From Desulfatiglandales bacterium (GTDB taxonomy: Bacteria; Desulfobacterota; DSM-4660; Desulfatiglandales; HGW-15): 64,000 nucleotides of DNA. How positions within the stretch are numbered: the stretch's first letter is position 1; every line of letters starts with the position of its first letter. The stretch lies in assembly GCA_963667015.2 (NCBI GenBank), contig CAXXJJ010000001.1, forward strand, positions 1,920,001-1,984,000, written 5' to 3'. Under the pieces are notes generated by a model, which was not told the DNA's origin, searched no databases, and was given only the letters and a program-made list of their open reading frames with translations. This document shows positions 48,448 to 59,412 of this stretch, in pieces. The translations under genes and the position numbers were made by a program.

Positions 48448-50298
48448 TTATTCCCCATCAGTTGATAATTGTTCCATATCCGCTGCCACAGCAAAATCGG
48501 CATTATAGTTAAGGACTGCCCATGCTGTTTTTGTTTTTGGATCAATGCCATAGGTGCCCAAACCATACCTGGGCTCATATTTTCCAACGATAAACTTCTT
48601 TTCGCCTCCAAAATTTTCATCAACTGCATTAACCCATTTTCCATTGACAAAGGTGGCAACCCCGATTTTGCCTTTTTTGAGGGAAGGGATTTTATTTTTA
48701 TCAATAGAAACTGAAAGGACATAAATATCGGTTCTGCCATTACTGCCCAGTTCAGACATCCCCCAGATGGAAAAGATATTGCTTTTCAGGTTAATCTGAT
48801 CGGGACTCTTAACCCAGCCGGTCTCAATCGATTTTGTCAGGCCGCGGTTGTTCCCGTCTTTTGCAACGCTGCTATTGAATCCTGCTATTATCCCGGCCTT
48901 TGTTTTTCCCATACTGTCCTGAACAGCAGTGTACGGTTCTCCCTGCTTAACCAGAAACTCCCTGCCATTGAGGCTGTAGCCAAATGTTTCCTTTTTTATA
49001 AAATTAAGACCAGGTGTAACACCCTTCGGGTATTTGGGGTTATTGTCTCCATAGGGATAACTGTTTCCGGATTGAAAGTGTCCTTTTGCATCGGAATAGT
49101 ATTCAGCTATTAACCGCGGACCATCAACTGTGTACACATAGTAGCCTATATTTTTTGATTCCTGTGAGAGAGGTATCTCACGGCTTTTTTGACCAGACCA
49201 CTGGTCAGGGATTGTAATATTACCCTGCCTGTCTTTTTTAGGATTGGGGATGGGTGCAGGTTCATAAAATTTGGTACTTAAACCTGCGGCTATTACTTCC
49301 TGAAATTTAAACTTTCCATCAGGACTCTTTATGATGGATCTATGATGAATATGGTCATGGGCTCCGAGATACAGTTTAGCCCCGTTTATATACATGCTTT
49401 CAAAGAAAATGTTTTGCGCCTCTGGATTATGATCCAGCCCATATGCCTTTTGGCCGAAAAGTGTATTCGGGTTAAAAGGAGAATCAGTGTGGTTCTGGCT
49501 TATTGGGACACGATGAGCTAAAACAATCGCATGGGTGGTATTCCGGCTGCTTTTATTCAGCCTGTCATTTATCCAGTCCTGCTGGGAAGGTATGGGATAA
49601 TTTTTACATTCCATTGACTGGAATGGACTGGTGCTGCCGTCAGAATTAGAATCTTTTGCCTCGCATCTGACGTCTTCTGTGTCTAAAAAAACAAACCTTA
49701 CATTGTTATTTTCTTGTCCAAAATCAAAGGAATAGCTCAGGCCTTTCAGTTCATCATTATACTTTCTATCCAGGGTTGTCGGGCTGGACAGATTGGATAC
49801 GCCAAACATCTCTTTTTTAGTTTGAGGAAAATTATCAAGCAGTTCCGCTATCTCGTTTTCAACAGGAGTTTTGCTGAACAGCCAGCCGTATGTTTCATGG
49901 TTGCCTCTCATGGGGAAAAAGCCAATACCTGCATCATACAGTGCCTTTGCATATTCAGCCCTGGTGGCCATTGCACCCTCTTTAGCCCTGTCAGACATAT
50001 CTCCCAGTGCTATAACAAACTTTACGCCATGCCTGATAAATTCATTATCGACCTGTGTCAGGATAGATCCTGCAACAAAATTCGGATTTAATGTATCTTC
50101 GGCGATTGTCCACTGAGTGTCAGCCATTACTCCAAATGACCATGCATCCTGTGAAAGGTATCTCCCGCCACCTTCGGCCAGGGCGAGGGTGGAGAAAATC
50201 AGCAGTGAAATGAGGCTGATCAATGATGAACTGATTACAGTTTTTAATTTTATCAGATTTCCGATTGATTTTATTTTAGCATAGTACCTGTGTGTCAT
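48448..50298 (-). CDS. Secreted calcineurin-like metallophosphoesterase
   Basis: DTQ, GD, GNHE, HDH. Confidence 0.85.
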   Translation of the reverse strand: MTHRYYAKIKSIGNLIKLKTVISSSLISLISLLIFSTLALAEGGGRYLSQDAWSFGVMADTQWTIAEDTLNPNFVAGSILTQVDNEFIRHGVKFVIALGDMSDRAKEGAMATRAEYAKALYDAGIGFFPMRGNHETYGWLFSKTPVENEIAELLDNFPQTKKEMFGVSNLSSPTTLDRKYNDELKGLSYSFDFGQENNNVRFVFLDTEDVRCEAKDSNSDGSTSPFQSMECKNYPIPSQQDWINDRLNKSSRNTTHAIVLAHRVPISQNHTDSPFNPNTLFGQKAYGLDHNPEAQNIFFESMYINGAKLYLGAHDHIHHRSIIKSPDGKFKFQEVIAAGLSTKFYEPAPIPNPKKDRQGNITIPDQWSGQKSREIPLSQESKNIGYYVYTVDGPRLIAEYYSDAKGHFQSGNSYPYGDNNPKYPKGVTPGLNFIKKETFGYSLNGREFLVKQGEPYTAVQDSMGKTKAGIIAGFNSSVAKDGNNRGLTKSIETGWVKSPDQINLKSNIFSIWGMSELGSNGRTDIYVLSVSIDKNKIPSLKKGKIGVATFVNGKWVNAVDENFGGEKKFIVGKYEPRYGLGTYGIDPKTKTAWAVLNYNADFAVAADMEQLSTDGE

Positions 50299-50400
50299 GA
50301 ATATTCCTCCTGAAGTATCCGCATTACTTTATTCTGAGCATGAATAGGGAAAACATACTTTACTGATAAAAAAATTAAAAGCTAAATAGTTACGAAAAAG

Positions 50401-50462
50401 AGATCGGGGTTTGAGCTGAAATCAGTCCAGCCGATTTCAGCTCTTCCCCTAACCCCGATCTA
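50401..50462. terminator. Long hairpin (terminator or REP-like)
   Basis: agatcggggtt...gagctgaaatc/gatttcagctc...aaccccgatct. Confidence 0.6.
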
Positions 50463-50490
50463 CACTCCCTGGCGTCTTTTTTATATGAAA

Positions 50491-51462
50491 CTAATTTGAA
50501 AGAAGCCTTAAATCAATAATTCGCTCTTTTCCTGAATTATCGACAAGTATTATCTTTTTTAAGGCTGGAAAATTACTCTGGATAAAATCGAGATACATTC
50601 TCTGCTTTGTTATCTTTTTGGCCTTACTGTATTCATTAAGCTGCTGTTTAAAACGATTAACTTCTCCCTGTGCACGACTTACAACCTCATATTTATATCC
50701 CAATGCTTCTTCTTCTATCTGCATGGCCATACCTTTTGTTTTTGGTAAATTTTCATTCCTGTAGGATTCTGCGTTGTTAACCAGTTCTCTTTTCTGGATC
50801 TGTGCATTTATGACCCGTTCAAAGTATGTTCTTACTCCCTGATGTGGCGATACTTCTTTGATCTCAATGGCGCCTATTCCCAGTCCGCTTTCAAGTAGAT
50901 CAAGGTTTTGCTGAATTTCTCTTTTAAGATAGACCTCAACACTTTTTTTGCCAACAGTCAGAATGTCATCCACTGTTTTTGATGCCAGGCTTTTAATTGC
51001 AGCAGAACATGCTATCTGCCTTAAGTAATCTTCATTGCTTTTCAGGTTAAAGAGGTATTTTACCGGGTCGATAATGTTATATCTGACTAAAAAATCTATA
51101 AAAACAATATTGTTGTCGCCGGTTATACAATAGGAAGAAAGGCCTGTAAATTTTCTGAATGCATTTTCTCTCGTATCGGAGGTCACAAGAGAGAAATCTT
51201 TTATCTCTATGGTATGGGTTGTTTTTACAGGCACCTTGGTGACTGTATCTATTGGCCATGGTAGCCTGTAATGACCTCCCGGTTCAACCTTTCCGTCTAT
51301 TACCTTGCCGAATCTTTGAACCACACCCAGCTCGCTCTCTGAGACCTTGTAAAAGCCTGACAGCAGGTAAACAACAGATAACCCGGCCACAATTACCATT
51401 AAAAAATATCTGATTAAGGCCCTGGTGGTGTCTTTTAAATGATGTCTGATTGTCTTGGTCAT
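50491..51462 (-). CDS. hflK: HflK-like SPFH protein
   Basis: GVVQRFGK, HYRLPWPID, TGDNNIV. Confidence 0.85.
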   Translation of the reverse strand: MTKTIRHHLKDTTRALIRYFLMVIVAGLSVVYLLSGFYKVSESELGVVQRFGKVIDGKVEPGGHYRLPWPIDTVTKVPVKTTHTIEIKDFSLVTSDTRENAFRKFTGLSSYCITGDNNIVFIDFLVRYNIIDPVKYLFNLKSNEDYLRQIACSAAIKSLASKTVDDILTVGKKSVEVYLKREIQQNLDLLESGLGIGAIEIKEVSPHQGVRTYFERVINAQIQKRELVNNAESYRNENLPKTKGMAMQIEEEALGYKYEVVSRAQGEVNRFKQQLNEYSKAKKITKQRMYLDFIQSNFPALKKIILVDNSGKERIIDLRLLSN

Positions 51463-51468
51463 TTATTT

Positions 51469-52359
51469 TTACTTTTTACCATTGGTCAATTCTTTTGAAT
51501 TCAGGTACTCAAAAAGTTCGGAATCAGTGGATAATACAAGTGTAGTATTTTTATCCAGAATCTGTGAATACACCTGCAAAGATTTAACAAATTTGTAAAA
51601 TTCAGGGTCTTCACTATAGGCATCTGCATATATCTTTAATGCCTGTTTATCACCGTCACCCTTTATTTCCTCGGCTTCTTTATATGCCTTTGCCAGCAGT
51701 TCCTTAACTTCCCTGTCTGTGTTGGCCCGCATTTTAGTTGCTTCTTCTTCTCCTTCAGCCGTATATTTTACGGCTTCTTTTGTCCTTTCCGCCTTCATCC
51801 TCTGATATACAGCGTTACTTACAACAGAGGGGTAAATAATCCTCTTCAGGCCGACCTGAATAATCTCAATGCCGTATTTCGATCTGGTTCTTGTATTGGC
51901 CTCATTTTTGAGTCTTTCATAAATCTCATTAAGCCTGACGTTCTCCGGTGTTGTATTGATTATTTTATCGATCTCATAGTCGCTCACAATGATTCCAAGT
52001 TGGGAATTGACCATGTCTCCCAGTTTTAGTTTCGCATTCTCTTCATTGTTGAGTGATTGAAAAAACAGCTCAGGGTTGTCAAGCTTCCATGCAACATAAC
52101 ATGTAACAATAACAGGGTTCTTGTCTTTTAATAAAAGTTGCAGTGTCTGGGCCTCAAAGCAGCTTATCTTGTTGTCAAAGGTGTTGACCTTCTGCCAGGG
52201 CATTTTTGTGTATAAACCGGCCTCTTCTATTGTCTTAATGGGTCTTCCCCACTGGGTTATTATGACGCTTGCCCCCTGTTTCACTGTAAATAATGAGTTG
52301 TATGTCACTATGCAGAGAACGATTATAATTATTAAAAGTATCGGAAATATCTTTTTCAT
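51469..52359 (-). CDS. hflC: HflC-like SPFH protein
   Basis: RMKAER, YADAYSEDPEFYKF. Confidence 0.88.
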   Translation of the reverse strand: MKKIFPILLIIIIVLCIVTYNSLFTVKQGASVIITQWGRPIKTIEEAGLYTKMPWQKVNTFDNKISCFEAQTLQLLLKDKNPVIVTCYVAWKLDNPELFFQSLNNEENAKLKLGDMVNSQLGIIVSDYEIDKIINTTPENVRLNEIYERLKNEANTRTRSKYGIEIIQVGLKRIIYPSVVSNAVYQRMKAERTKEAVKYTAEGEEEATKMRANTDREVKELLAKAYKEAEEIKGDGDKQALKIYADAYSEDPEFYKFVKSLQVYSQILDKNTTLVLSTDSELFEYLNSKELTNGKK

Positions 52360-52374
52360 GACTTGATAACCTCT

Positions 52375-54135
52375 TTATTCTTCTATCTGCCAATCCTCAA
52401 TGGATGAGATGTCGCCTGATTTCAGATAGACATTAGGTTTACCTGTACTGGGGTCTATGATCAGTTTTTCATTTTTACCAAGCGCATCAACTATATGGTT
52501 ATAATATAAAACTTTTCTTATTATGGATTTCGCATTTTTATAGGATTCCAGTTTGGATTTGTAACCGGTTACAGCCCCCTGGGATTTCAATATCTCTTCA
52601 TTTACATAGGCATTTGCATCACTGATATTACTGTATGCTGCTCCCCGTGAGGATGGTATCTCGGAATTTTGATATTCCAGTGCCAGGTTGATCGTCTCTT
52701 CCTTTATCTGATAGGATGCTATGACCTCTTCAAAGGACTCGGATATCTTTATCGGAGGATGAATATCCTTAACATTAACACTTACAATCTCAAGCCCTGT
52801 ATTCATTTTATCAAGTTTATCCTGCAGCGCTTCTTCAATGGCCATGTCCATCTCTTTCCGGTAGGTAATTGCAATCTGATAAAATGTCTTGGTTGTAAAA
52901 ACATCCTGTATTGTTTCATAGGCTATATCTTCTATCAATACCTTAGGATTTGATATGTTGTAATAATAGTTATACAGATTCTTAATCCTGTAATGAATTA
53001 TTATATAGGGATTAAAAAAATTATTATCTCCCGAAATAAAATGAACTTCTTCCCCGTGAGTTATGCCCCATATAAGGGGTTTTTGTTCCTCTTTGGAAAC
53101 ATTACCCAGAAATAATTCCTGTAATTGTTTTGTTTTTTCTATTTTTACAATGTCTATCGGTCGAGGAAATTTAAAGTGGAAACCCGGCTGCAGGGCTTCA
53201 TTTGTTACAGGTCTTCCAAAATGTTCAACTATAGCTTCCTCGTCCATCTGCACCTGGAAGCCCATATCGTAAATAATAACAAGAACTATCAATGCTACCA
53301 GTGCATACCCTGAAAATTTCAATAACCGGACAAATTGAGCAAAAAGTGTTGATTTCAGAATATCAATATTATATTTAGCGTCTATCCATTTAAAAAATCT
53401 GGAATAGGTTTCTTTTACAAGAATAAAATTCAGAATTTCGAGTATGTGATAATTCATCCGAAATTCTTTTTCTTTTTTATGAAAATGAATAATGATGTTT
53501 ATTATTATTTCTATGCCAAAGGACAGGATCAATAAAGCTATTGCCAGGCTGACCCACCTGTCTATGTTATACCTGAAATAGTATAAAATGAGAGAAGCTC
53601 CTGTTAAGGATGAGCAGACCATATCGCCTTTTGAATGAAGTCCGTCTGATATCAATGCCGCAGAGTTTTCAGAGTATCCAACTGCAGATAGAAATTTAAA
53701 TAGGAAGTAAGACCCTAATGATAATATAAGAAATATAATACCGGTTAATAAGGGCTTTTCTATAATAATTACTTTAATTGAAAAAACGTTTATGATCAGT
53801 GATATTGAAATGCATGTAAGGAAAAGCCCTATTAATAAAGAGATTGTAACTTCAATGTTTTTACCAAAAGCATTATTAAAGAATTGTTTTAAAATGTTGG
53901 AATCAACAATTTCAGAACCTTCCTGATCAGGGAGATCTTGTTCTTTTTTAAATATAGATGAGCTCCTCCATAATGCAAAAAGTACTGCAAGTGATGTTGT
54001 GATATCACTGAAGCTGTGCCACGCTTCAGAAAGAACGGCTATGCTACCTGAAATATAATAAAATACAAACTTCAGAATGGTAAGTCCGAGGGTTATTGAT
54101 ATGGCAATGAGTGAAGTTCGAATCCTTTTATTCAT
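52375..54135 (-). CDS. CDF cation-efflux TM domain fused to HflK-like SPFH domain
   Basis: SEAWHSFSD and DGLHSKGD (HxxxD sites); C-half PGFHFKFPRPID, DIHPP. Confidence 0.85.
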   Translation of the reverse strand: MNKRIRTSLIAISITLGLTILKFVFYYISGSIAVLSEAWHSFSDITTSLAVLFALWRSSSIFKKEQDLPDQEGSEIVDSNILKQFFNNAFGKNIEVTISLLIGLFLTCISISLIINVFSIKVIIIEKPLLTGIIFLILSLGSYFLFKFLSAVGYSENSAALISDGLHSKGDMVCSSLTGASLILYYFRYNIDRWVSLAIALLILSFGIEIIINIIIHFHKKEKEFRMNYHILEILNFILVKETYSRFFKWIDAKYNIDILKSTLFAQFVRLLKFSGYALVALIVLVIIYDMGFQVQMDEEAIVEHFGRPVTNEALQPGFHFKFPRPIDIVKIEKTKQLQELFLGNVSKEEQKPLIWGITHGEEVHFISGDNNFFNPYIIIHYRIKNLYNYYYNISNPKVLIEDIAYETIQDVFTTKTFYQIAITYRKEMDMAIEEALQDKLDKMNTGLEIVSVNVKDIHPPIKISESFEEVIASYQIKEETINLALEYQNSEIPSSRGAAYSNISDANAYVNEEILKSQGAVTGYKSKLESYKNAKSIIRKVLYYNHIVDALGKNEKLIIDPSTGKPNVYLKSGDISSIEDWQIEE

Positions 54136-54206
54136 AATGAATCCTGAATTGTTAATCTATGTGCATGAACCAGTGTCAAATGTTTTATAAAAAACACAAA
54201 AACAGG

Positions 54207-54950
54207 TTATGGATTTTTATCTTTCGATTGTTTGATTTTATTTAGCTGATCATAGAGGTCAGAATGTAAAACTTCGACATTTGGCCCTTTAAAATACATC
54301 CTGTAGAGATGATTGTTACTATCAACCCATATAAGTATCGTCAATCTTTCATCAATCTCTATCTCATAATTACGTAGTTTCAAATCCTTACTTTCATTCT
54401 CATGTATGAAAGTTCTAACTGGTGTAACTGTAAGAGGCTTTATGGTACCGGTGGGAAGAAGGTAGGTCAGAAAAACCTGCTGTCCCCCTTTATCTCTGTC
54501 ATATCTGCGAATCCAGTAATCGACTGTATGGTAGCCCATAAGGTCGAGCATGAGCATACCTTGCTTGAAAGGCTTTTTGTATTCCTGTAATTCGCCCTCT
54601 ATTTGGATTGTCCTGATTATTTTCCCATTTTCTAACTTTACATTATAGGATGTGCCGTTGCTGGAATCATATGAATAGGATATCGGAAACAGTTTTTCTT
54701 CCGGTATGATCATCTTTGTTTTAATTATTTTTCGAGTTTTTCCTTTTGATGTATAGGTATCCCTTTCCTGTTCAGATAACAATACCAGATTCCCATTGAA
54801 ATCGGGTTTTTCATTAATGAGAAGTTTTCCAACTTTTAAGCCGTTAATTAAAATTATAAATGACTGAGAGTATTCATTTGACGTTCCACAGGAAAATATT
54901 CCCAGTAGAAATATGAATGCAATAAAAGAATAAAATAAATTTCTTTTCAT
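54207..54950 (-). CDS. Hypothetical lipoprotein
   Basis: LLGIFSC lipobox. Confidence 0.7.
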   Translation of the reverse strand: MKRNLFYSFIAFIFLLGIFSCGTSNEYSQSFIILINGLKVGKLLINEKPDFNGNLVLLSEQERDTYTSKGKTRKIIKTKMIIPEEKLFPISYSYDSSNGTSYNVKLENGKIIRTIQIEGELQEYKKPFKQGMLMLDLMGYHTVDYWIRRYDRDKGGQQVFLTYLLPTGTIKPLTVTPVRTFIHENESKDLKLRNYEIEIDERLTILIWVDSNNHLYRMYFKGPNVEVLHSDLYDQLNKIKQSKDKNP

Positions 54951-54962
54951 GGTTATTATAAA

Positions 54963-55146
54963 GTCGGGGGCAAGGTCGACATTGTTTAATATCTAATTTC
55001 TGAGAAGTAAGTAACTTTTGGCCGCATTCTTAAAAATTGCCATTTATAATATATTGAAATCTCGCCATAATATTTTTATAAAAATATAAAAATTATTAAA
55101 TATATAGTCGCTTCTCAGAAATCAATATCTTGACATTGCCCCCGAT
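54963..55146. mobile_element. MITE-like element with imperfect terminal inverted repeats
   Basis: tcgggggcaa...atttctgagaag vs cttctcagaaat...ttgcccccga around an AT-rich core. Confidence 0.5.
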
Positions 55147-55247
55147 TCTCTCCGTTTATCCTGTGCCCATAGAACCTAATTACAGGGGCACAGGTTGTTG
55201 ATAAGAAACAGCATGCACTGTTGAATGCATAGTGGCTGTCAGTCTAA

Positions 55248-57434
55248 TCACCACCATCTTTTATGTTTCGGTCTCTTAGGTTCTGATGCCGGTTTGATAT
55301 TCTTGGCAACGGCAAAATCAGCGTTATAATTGATAACAGCCCAGGCAGTTTTGGTTTTTGGATCAATGCCATAGGTTCCAAGTCCGTATTGGGGTTTATA
55401 TTTACCAAATACAAATTTCTTTTCTCCACCGAAATTTTCGTCTACAGCGTTTACCCATTTACCATCAACATAGGTGGCAATTCCAAATTTACCTTTTTTG
55501 ATATCATTAAGTGCTTTGAAATCAAAAAAGGTGGATAAAACATCAAATGACATTGATAGTACATAAGTATCTGTCTGATCTGAACCGAGTTCACCCATGC
55601 CCCACATTGAAAGAACATGACTTTTAAGTTTATTGTGCAGATTGGATTTTATGATTTTCCAGATATTTCTGCCCCAGCATTTTTTATAATGTTTGGGCAG
55701 TTCAAAATCAGGATTGGGTATCCAGCCTGTATTAACTGTCTTTGTAAATGCCCTCGGTCCGTTAATTGCGTTGCCCTCAGCATCTTCATCATATGGCGTA
55801 TCATCAGTTGAAGTGCTGTTATTTGTACCTGAGAGTATCCTTGCCTTTGTTTTTCCAAAATGATCTTGTATCCCTGCATAGGATTCACCCTGCGCAACCA
55901 GAAACTGTTGACCATTTGAGCTGTATCCCCATGATTCCTTTTTTATAAAATCAAGGGTTGGTAAATAAAGGGGATTATTTGCCTCTATAATTTCTCCTGT
56001 TTCTTCGTCTATAACATCCTGTCCGTTTGGATAATCTTCTCCACTTTGAAAATTACCTATAGAGTCCGCATAATAATCAACATTAACACGAGGCCCATCT
56101 ATAGTATAGAGGTAGTAACCAACATTATAAAGATCCTGAGAAATCTGGGTTTCCCTGTATTTTGTTCCCTCGAAATCTTCCAATGATCCCGGATCATAGA
56201 ATTTTGTACTTGCTGCCATATGAATTATCTGTTCAACCTGGGATTCGCCTTCCGGGCTGGCAACAATAGCCCGATTGTGAATATGGTCGTGACCGGAAAG
56301 CATGTACCTAACACCATTATCCATCAAGCTTGCATAAAATACTTCCTGATCTTCAGGGGTTACACTCGGATCTCCGCCAAAAAGACCATCAGGATGGTTT
56401 GCCCCCATCAGGCCTCTGTGAGATAATACAAATGCATGCTCTGTTCCGCGTGTAGTCTTGTCTAATTTTTCGCTAATCCAGGTCTGCTGGTCCCCTGGCC
56501 AGAATTCACTTCCACTTGAATCAAATTTCGGTTGTGATGGTATAGTGTAGTCATCAAGTGGATAGTAGTATGCATCATCTTCGCCTTCATAGGTATTCCA
56601 TCCGTAAAAATTGGTGGATGGAGCTCCGGAACTGCTTATACGAAACCATGTATTTGGTGCTACGATGACATTACCGTCTCCATTAACTACTCCGGCATCT
56701 CCGGAATTATAAACAACCCAAAATATATAGTCATAAGGGGCGTAAGTCTCGCCGTATAAGGCAAGATCTTCAGGTTCTGTTTCTGTATAGCTGGTGGCTT
56801 CAACATCGACGATGACAAATCTTGCGTTGTTGCCCTCACTGCCGTAATCAAATGAGTAACTCAGCCCATTTAAGATATCAATGTCGGGACTGTTGAAATT
56901 TGTTGCTCCAAAAAGGTTGTCAACCGTTCTCTCTCCATTTCCATCAAGGGCCAACAGGCCTCGAGTCTGAGGGAAAGCGTCGAGAAAGGCCGGAATATTC
57001 ATGTCATGATCTGTATCTCTTCCGTAAAGGTTTCCGTATGTTTCATGATTACCGCGTAATGGAAAGAATCCGATGCCTGCGTCAAGAAGAGGTTGAGCTG
57101 CTGCCGCGCGGGCTTTCATACCTTCATCGCCTGCTCTGTCAGTTAAATCTCCTACCTGGATAACGAATTTGACCCCGGATGCCTTGAGCTCTTCCTGGAG
57201 AGCTCCTGCAAGAGCGGCACTTACATATTCAGGATTCATACCTTCAGGGTCCTCACTGTTTGTCCACTGGGTATCTGCCATAAGACCAAAGGACCATGGA
57301 TCAACCTGGTATCGTCCTCCTCCTTCCGCAAAGGAAACTGAAGTGAAAACCAGTGACAGAATCATCGCAATCAGCAGTGATTTTATCGAAGTTTTCCATT
57401 TATTTGTTTTGTTGTTAATAAAGTGTTGACTCAT
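55248..57434 (-). CDS. Secreted metallophosphoesterase (paralog of 48448)
   Basis: Same motifs; near-identical C-terminus; acidic insertions. Confidence 0.87.
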   Translation of the reverse strand: MSQHFINNKTNKWKTSIKSLLIAMILSLVFTSVSFAEGGGRYQVDPWSFGLMADTQWTNSEDPEGMNPEYVSAALAGALQEELKASGVKFVIQVGDLTDRAGDEGMKARAAAAQPLLDAGIGFFPLRGNHETYGNLYGRDTDHDMNIPAFLDAFPQTRGLLALDGNGERTVDNLFGATNFNSPDIDILNGLSYSFDYGSEGNNARFVIVDVEATSYTETEPEDLALYGETYAPYDYIFWVVYNSGDAGVVNGDGNVIVAPNTWFRISSSGAPSTNFYGWNTYEGEDDAYYYPLDDYTIPSQPKFDSSGSEFWPGDQQTWISEKLDKTTRGTEHAFVLSHRGLMGANHPDGLFGGDPSVTPEDQEVFYASLMDNGVRYMLSGHDHIHNRAIVASPEGESQVEQIIHMAASTKFYDPGSLEDFEGTKYRETQISQDLYNVGYYLYTIDGPRVNVDYYADSIGNFQSGEDYPNGQDVIDEETGEIIEANNPLYLPTLDFIKKESWGYSSNGQQFLVAQGESYAGIQDHFGKTKARILSGTNNSTSTDDTPYDEDAEGNAINGPRAFTKTVNTGWIPNPDFELPKHYKKCWGRNIWKIIKSNLHNKLKSHVLSMWGMGELGSDQTDTYVLSMSFDVLSTFFDFKALNDIKKGKFGIATYVDGKWVNAVDENFGGEKKFVFGKYKPQYGLGTYGIDPKTKTAWAVINYNADFAVAKNIKPASEPKRPKHKRWW

Positions 57435-57813
57435 TTCTTCCCCTCCTGTTGGTTAGAATTAGCTCTATTTTTTTGATGTGGATCTGGAAAATCTGCCTGC
57501 TGTTCGGCAAAACTTATTTCATCACCTCCCTATATTAAATTTCAAATCCAATCTATTCACCCTCTATAAGTGGATCAGAAGGTGCATCCACCCTCTCCAG
57601 GTGACTTGTAAATATACTTAAGGCTTTATCGTTGCTTAGTGAAAATCAGATATTGACCATTAAACGGTCATTGAGGGCGTGTCTGTAAAAAAGCCTTTTA
57701 ATATCAGCATATTAAAGCTAAATAAAATGAGCTTTATGATATAGATTTCTTTTGGAATTAATAAAGAAGGATTACCTTTATCATAATCAAGATAACCGGA
57801 ACATTGCCCCAAG

Positions 57814-57829
57814 ATTACCATTTGGCAAT
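57814..57829. promoter_or_regulatory. Putative CusR/CzcR-type palindromic box
   Basis: ATTACC-ATTT-GGCAAT upstream of phosphoesterase cluster. Confidence 0.4.
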
Positions 57830-57845
57830 GTTGGGGAAAACGTGT

Positions 57846-57965
57846 CTCTCACAGAGCTCGCAGAGTTCACAGAGAAAGACAAAAGCATTTAAGTTTTTTT
57901 AAAAACAAAAGGCTTTTCTCTGCGGCTTCTGTGTGCTCTAGTGACCGAAGGGAACGGGCGAGAGA
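57846..57965. repeat. cacagag-repeat palindromic element
   Basis: cacagagctcgcagagttcacagag...ctctgcggcttctgtgtgctct. Confidence 0.55.
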
Positions 57966-57993
57966 TATTCTCTTTTAGTCTGAGTTGCTATAT

Positions 57994-59412
57994 TTATAAG
58001 GGGATAGGAGTTTTGGGCAAAGTGACCGTGAATGTACTCATTTCGTTCAGTATACTTGTGGCAGTGATGTCTCCTCCATGGGCCTTTATAACAGCACGTG
58101 TCCAGCTCAGGCCAAGGCCGTTACCCGGCATTGAGCGGCTGCGGTCGCATCTATAGAATCGTTTGAAAATATTGGGAAGCTCATCCCGGGAGATTCCTAT
58201 GCCGTTATCATTGACTGAAACCATAACCTCGTCTTCGTTTTCGTCTACAGTAACAGTGATTTTTCCATCGGGCGGGGTGTATTTTATTGCATTATCCAGA
58301 AGATTGGATACAACCCTTTGAAGTTTCTGTTTGTCGGCATGGATAACTGTATTTTTTGCAATATGCCTTATGATCTGAATTTTCTTATCTTCTGCTACCG
58401 GTCCGAAGAGTTCACATGTTTCTTTGGTTATCTCCGATACGTTGATCTGAGACATATCAAGTTTGGAAAGACCTGCTTCTGCCTCGGAAATGTCCATCAT
58501 CGTGTTGATCATTTCAAGCAGCCGGTCGCACTCTTCAACAATGTTCCCGGCCATAAGGTCATAATCCTCTTTATCAGAGGAACCTGTTATGGCCAGTTCA
58601 GCAGCGCCTCTCATCCTTGTGATCGGGCTTCTCAGGTCGTGGGCCATGTTGTCGGTAATTTCTTTCATTCCCCTGATCAACGCCTCAATCCGCCCCACCA
58701 TATCATTGAAAGTATGTGCAAGCCTGTCTATCTCTTCTCCACCGCCTTTTATAGGAACTCTGCTGCTGAAGTCTCCTTCGGAGATTTTAATGGCTGTTCG
58801 TGTCACTGCTTTTACTCCCGAAAGGGCGCATTTTGCTACAAACCAGCCAACAAAAGTAGCAAACACAATTAACAGCGTCATTACTATTCCGAATTCTCTC
58901 CACCGCTTCTCTATTATCTGCTGAAGACCCTCCTGGGAGGTCCCTATCTGGAGAATCCTGTCAGGGCTTATATAATAGGAAATGATTCGCGCAGTATAGT
59001 GACCACCTGGCAGAGGCATTGTGCTGAAAGCGTGTCCGGTTCTTTCCCCCGGAATTTCAATGGTGCTTGGATCCAAGTCCATGTTCAGGTGAGATGTGTT
59101 GGAAGAAGCAAGTATTTCTCCTGCCGGGCTGAGAAGGCGGGCGAACAGTTTCCAGGAATTTTTTGTTTCGTGATCTAGTATTTTTGATATGTCTTCTTTA
59201 CTCATTCCTTTTACTGACAGCATAAGTTTGGAAGTCTCTTTTGCTTCAGCAAGGAGTGCCATGTCCATGTTCCTGTAATGGTTGGAATCTCTATAGAGAC
59301 GATAACCTACAAAGGCTCCTAAAAAGACCATAACACTGAGGGAATACAGGATGGTTAGGCGGAAAACAAGTGTTTGACGAAACTTAAGTAACTTCCTTAA
59401 TAGCATATCCAA
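57994..59412 (-). CDS. HAMP sensor histidine kinase (CusS-like)
   Basis: AHDLRSPITR, HAMP, G boxes. Confidence 0.93.
   Translation of the reverse strand: MDMLLRKLLKFRQTLVFRLTILYSLSVMVFLGAFVGYRLYRDSNHYRNMDMALLAEAKETSKLMLSVKGMSKEDISKILDHETKNSWKLFARLLSPAGEILASSNTSHLNMDLDPSTIEIPGERTGHAFSTMPLPGGHYTARIISYYISPDRILQIGTSQEGLQQIIEKRWREFGIVMTLLIVFATFVGWFVAKCALSGVKAVTRTAIKISEGDFSSRVPIKGGGEEIDRLAHTFNDMVGRIEALIRGMKEITDNMAHDLRSPITRMRGAAELAITGSSDKEDYDLMAGNIVEECDRLLEMINTMMDISEAEAGLSKLDMSQINVSEITKETCELFGPVAEDKKIQIIRHIAKNTVIHADKQKLQRVVSNLLDNAIKYTPPDGKITVTVDENEDEVMVSVNDNGIGISRDELPNIFKRFYRCDRSRSMPGNGLGLSWTRAVIKAHGGDITATSILNEMSTFTVTLPKTPIPL

Noticed and set aside
58318..58872. Long antisense ORFs (also 30660, 30221, 18197)
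   Set aside because: Shadows of well-supported opposite-strand genes
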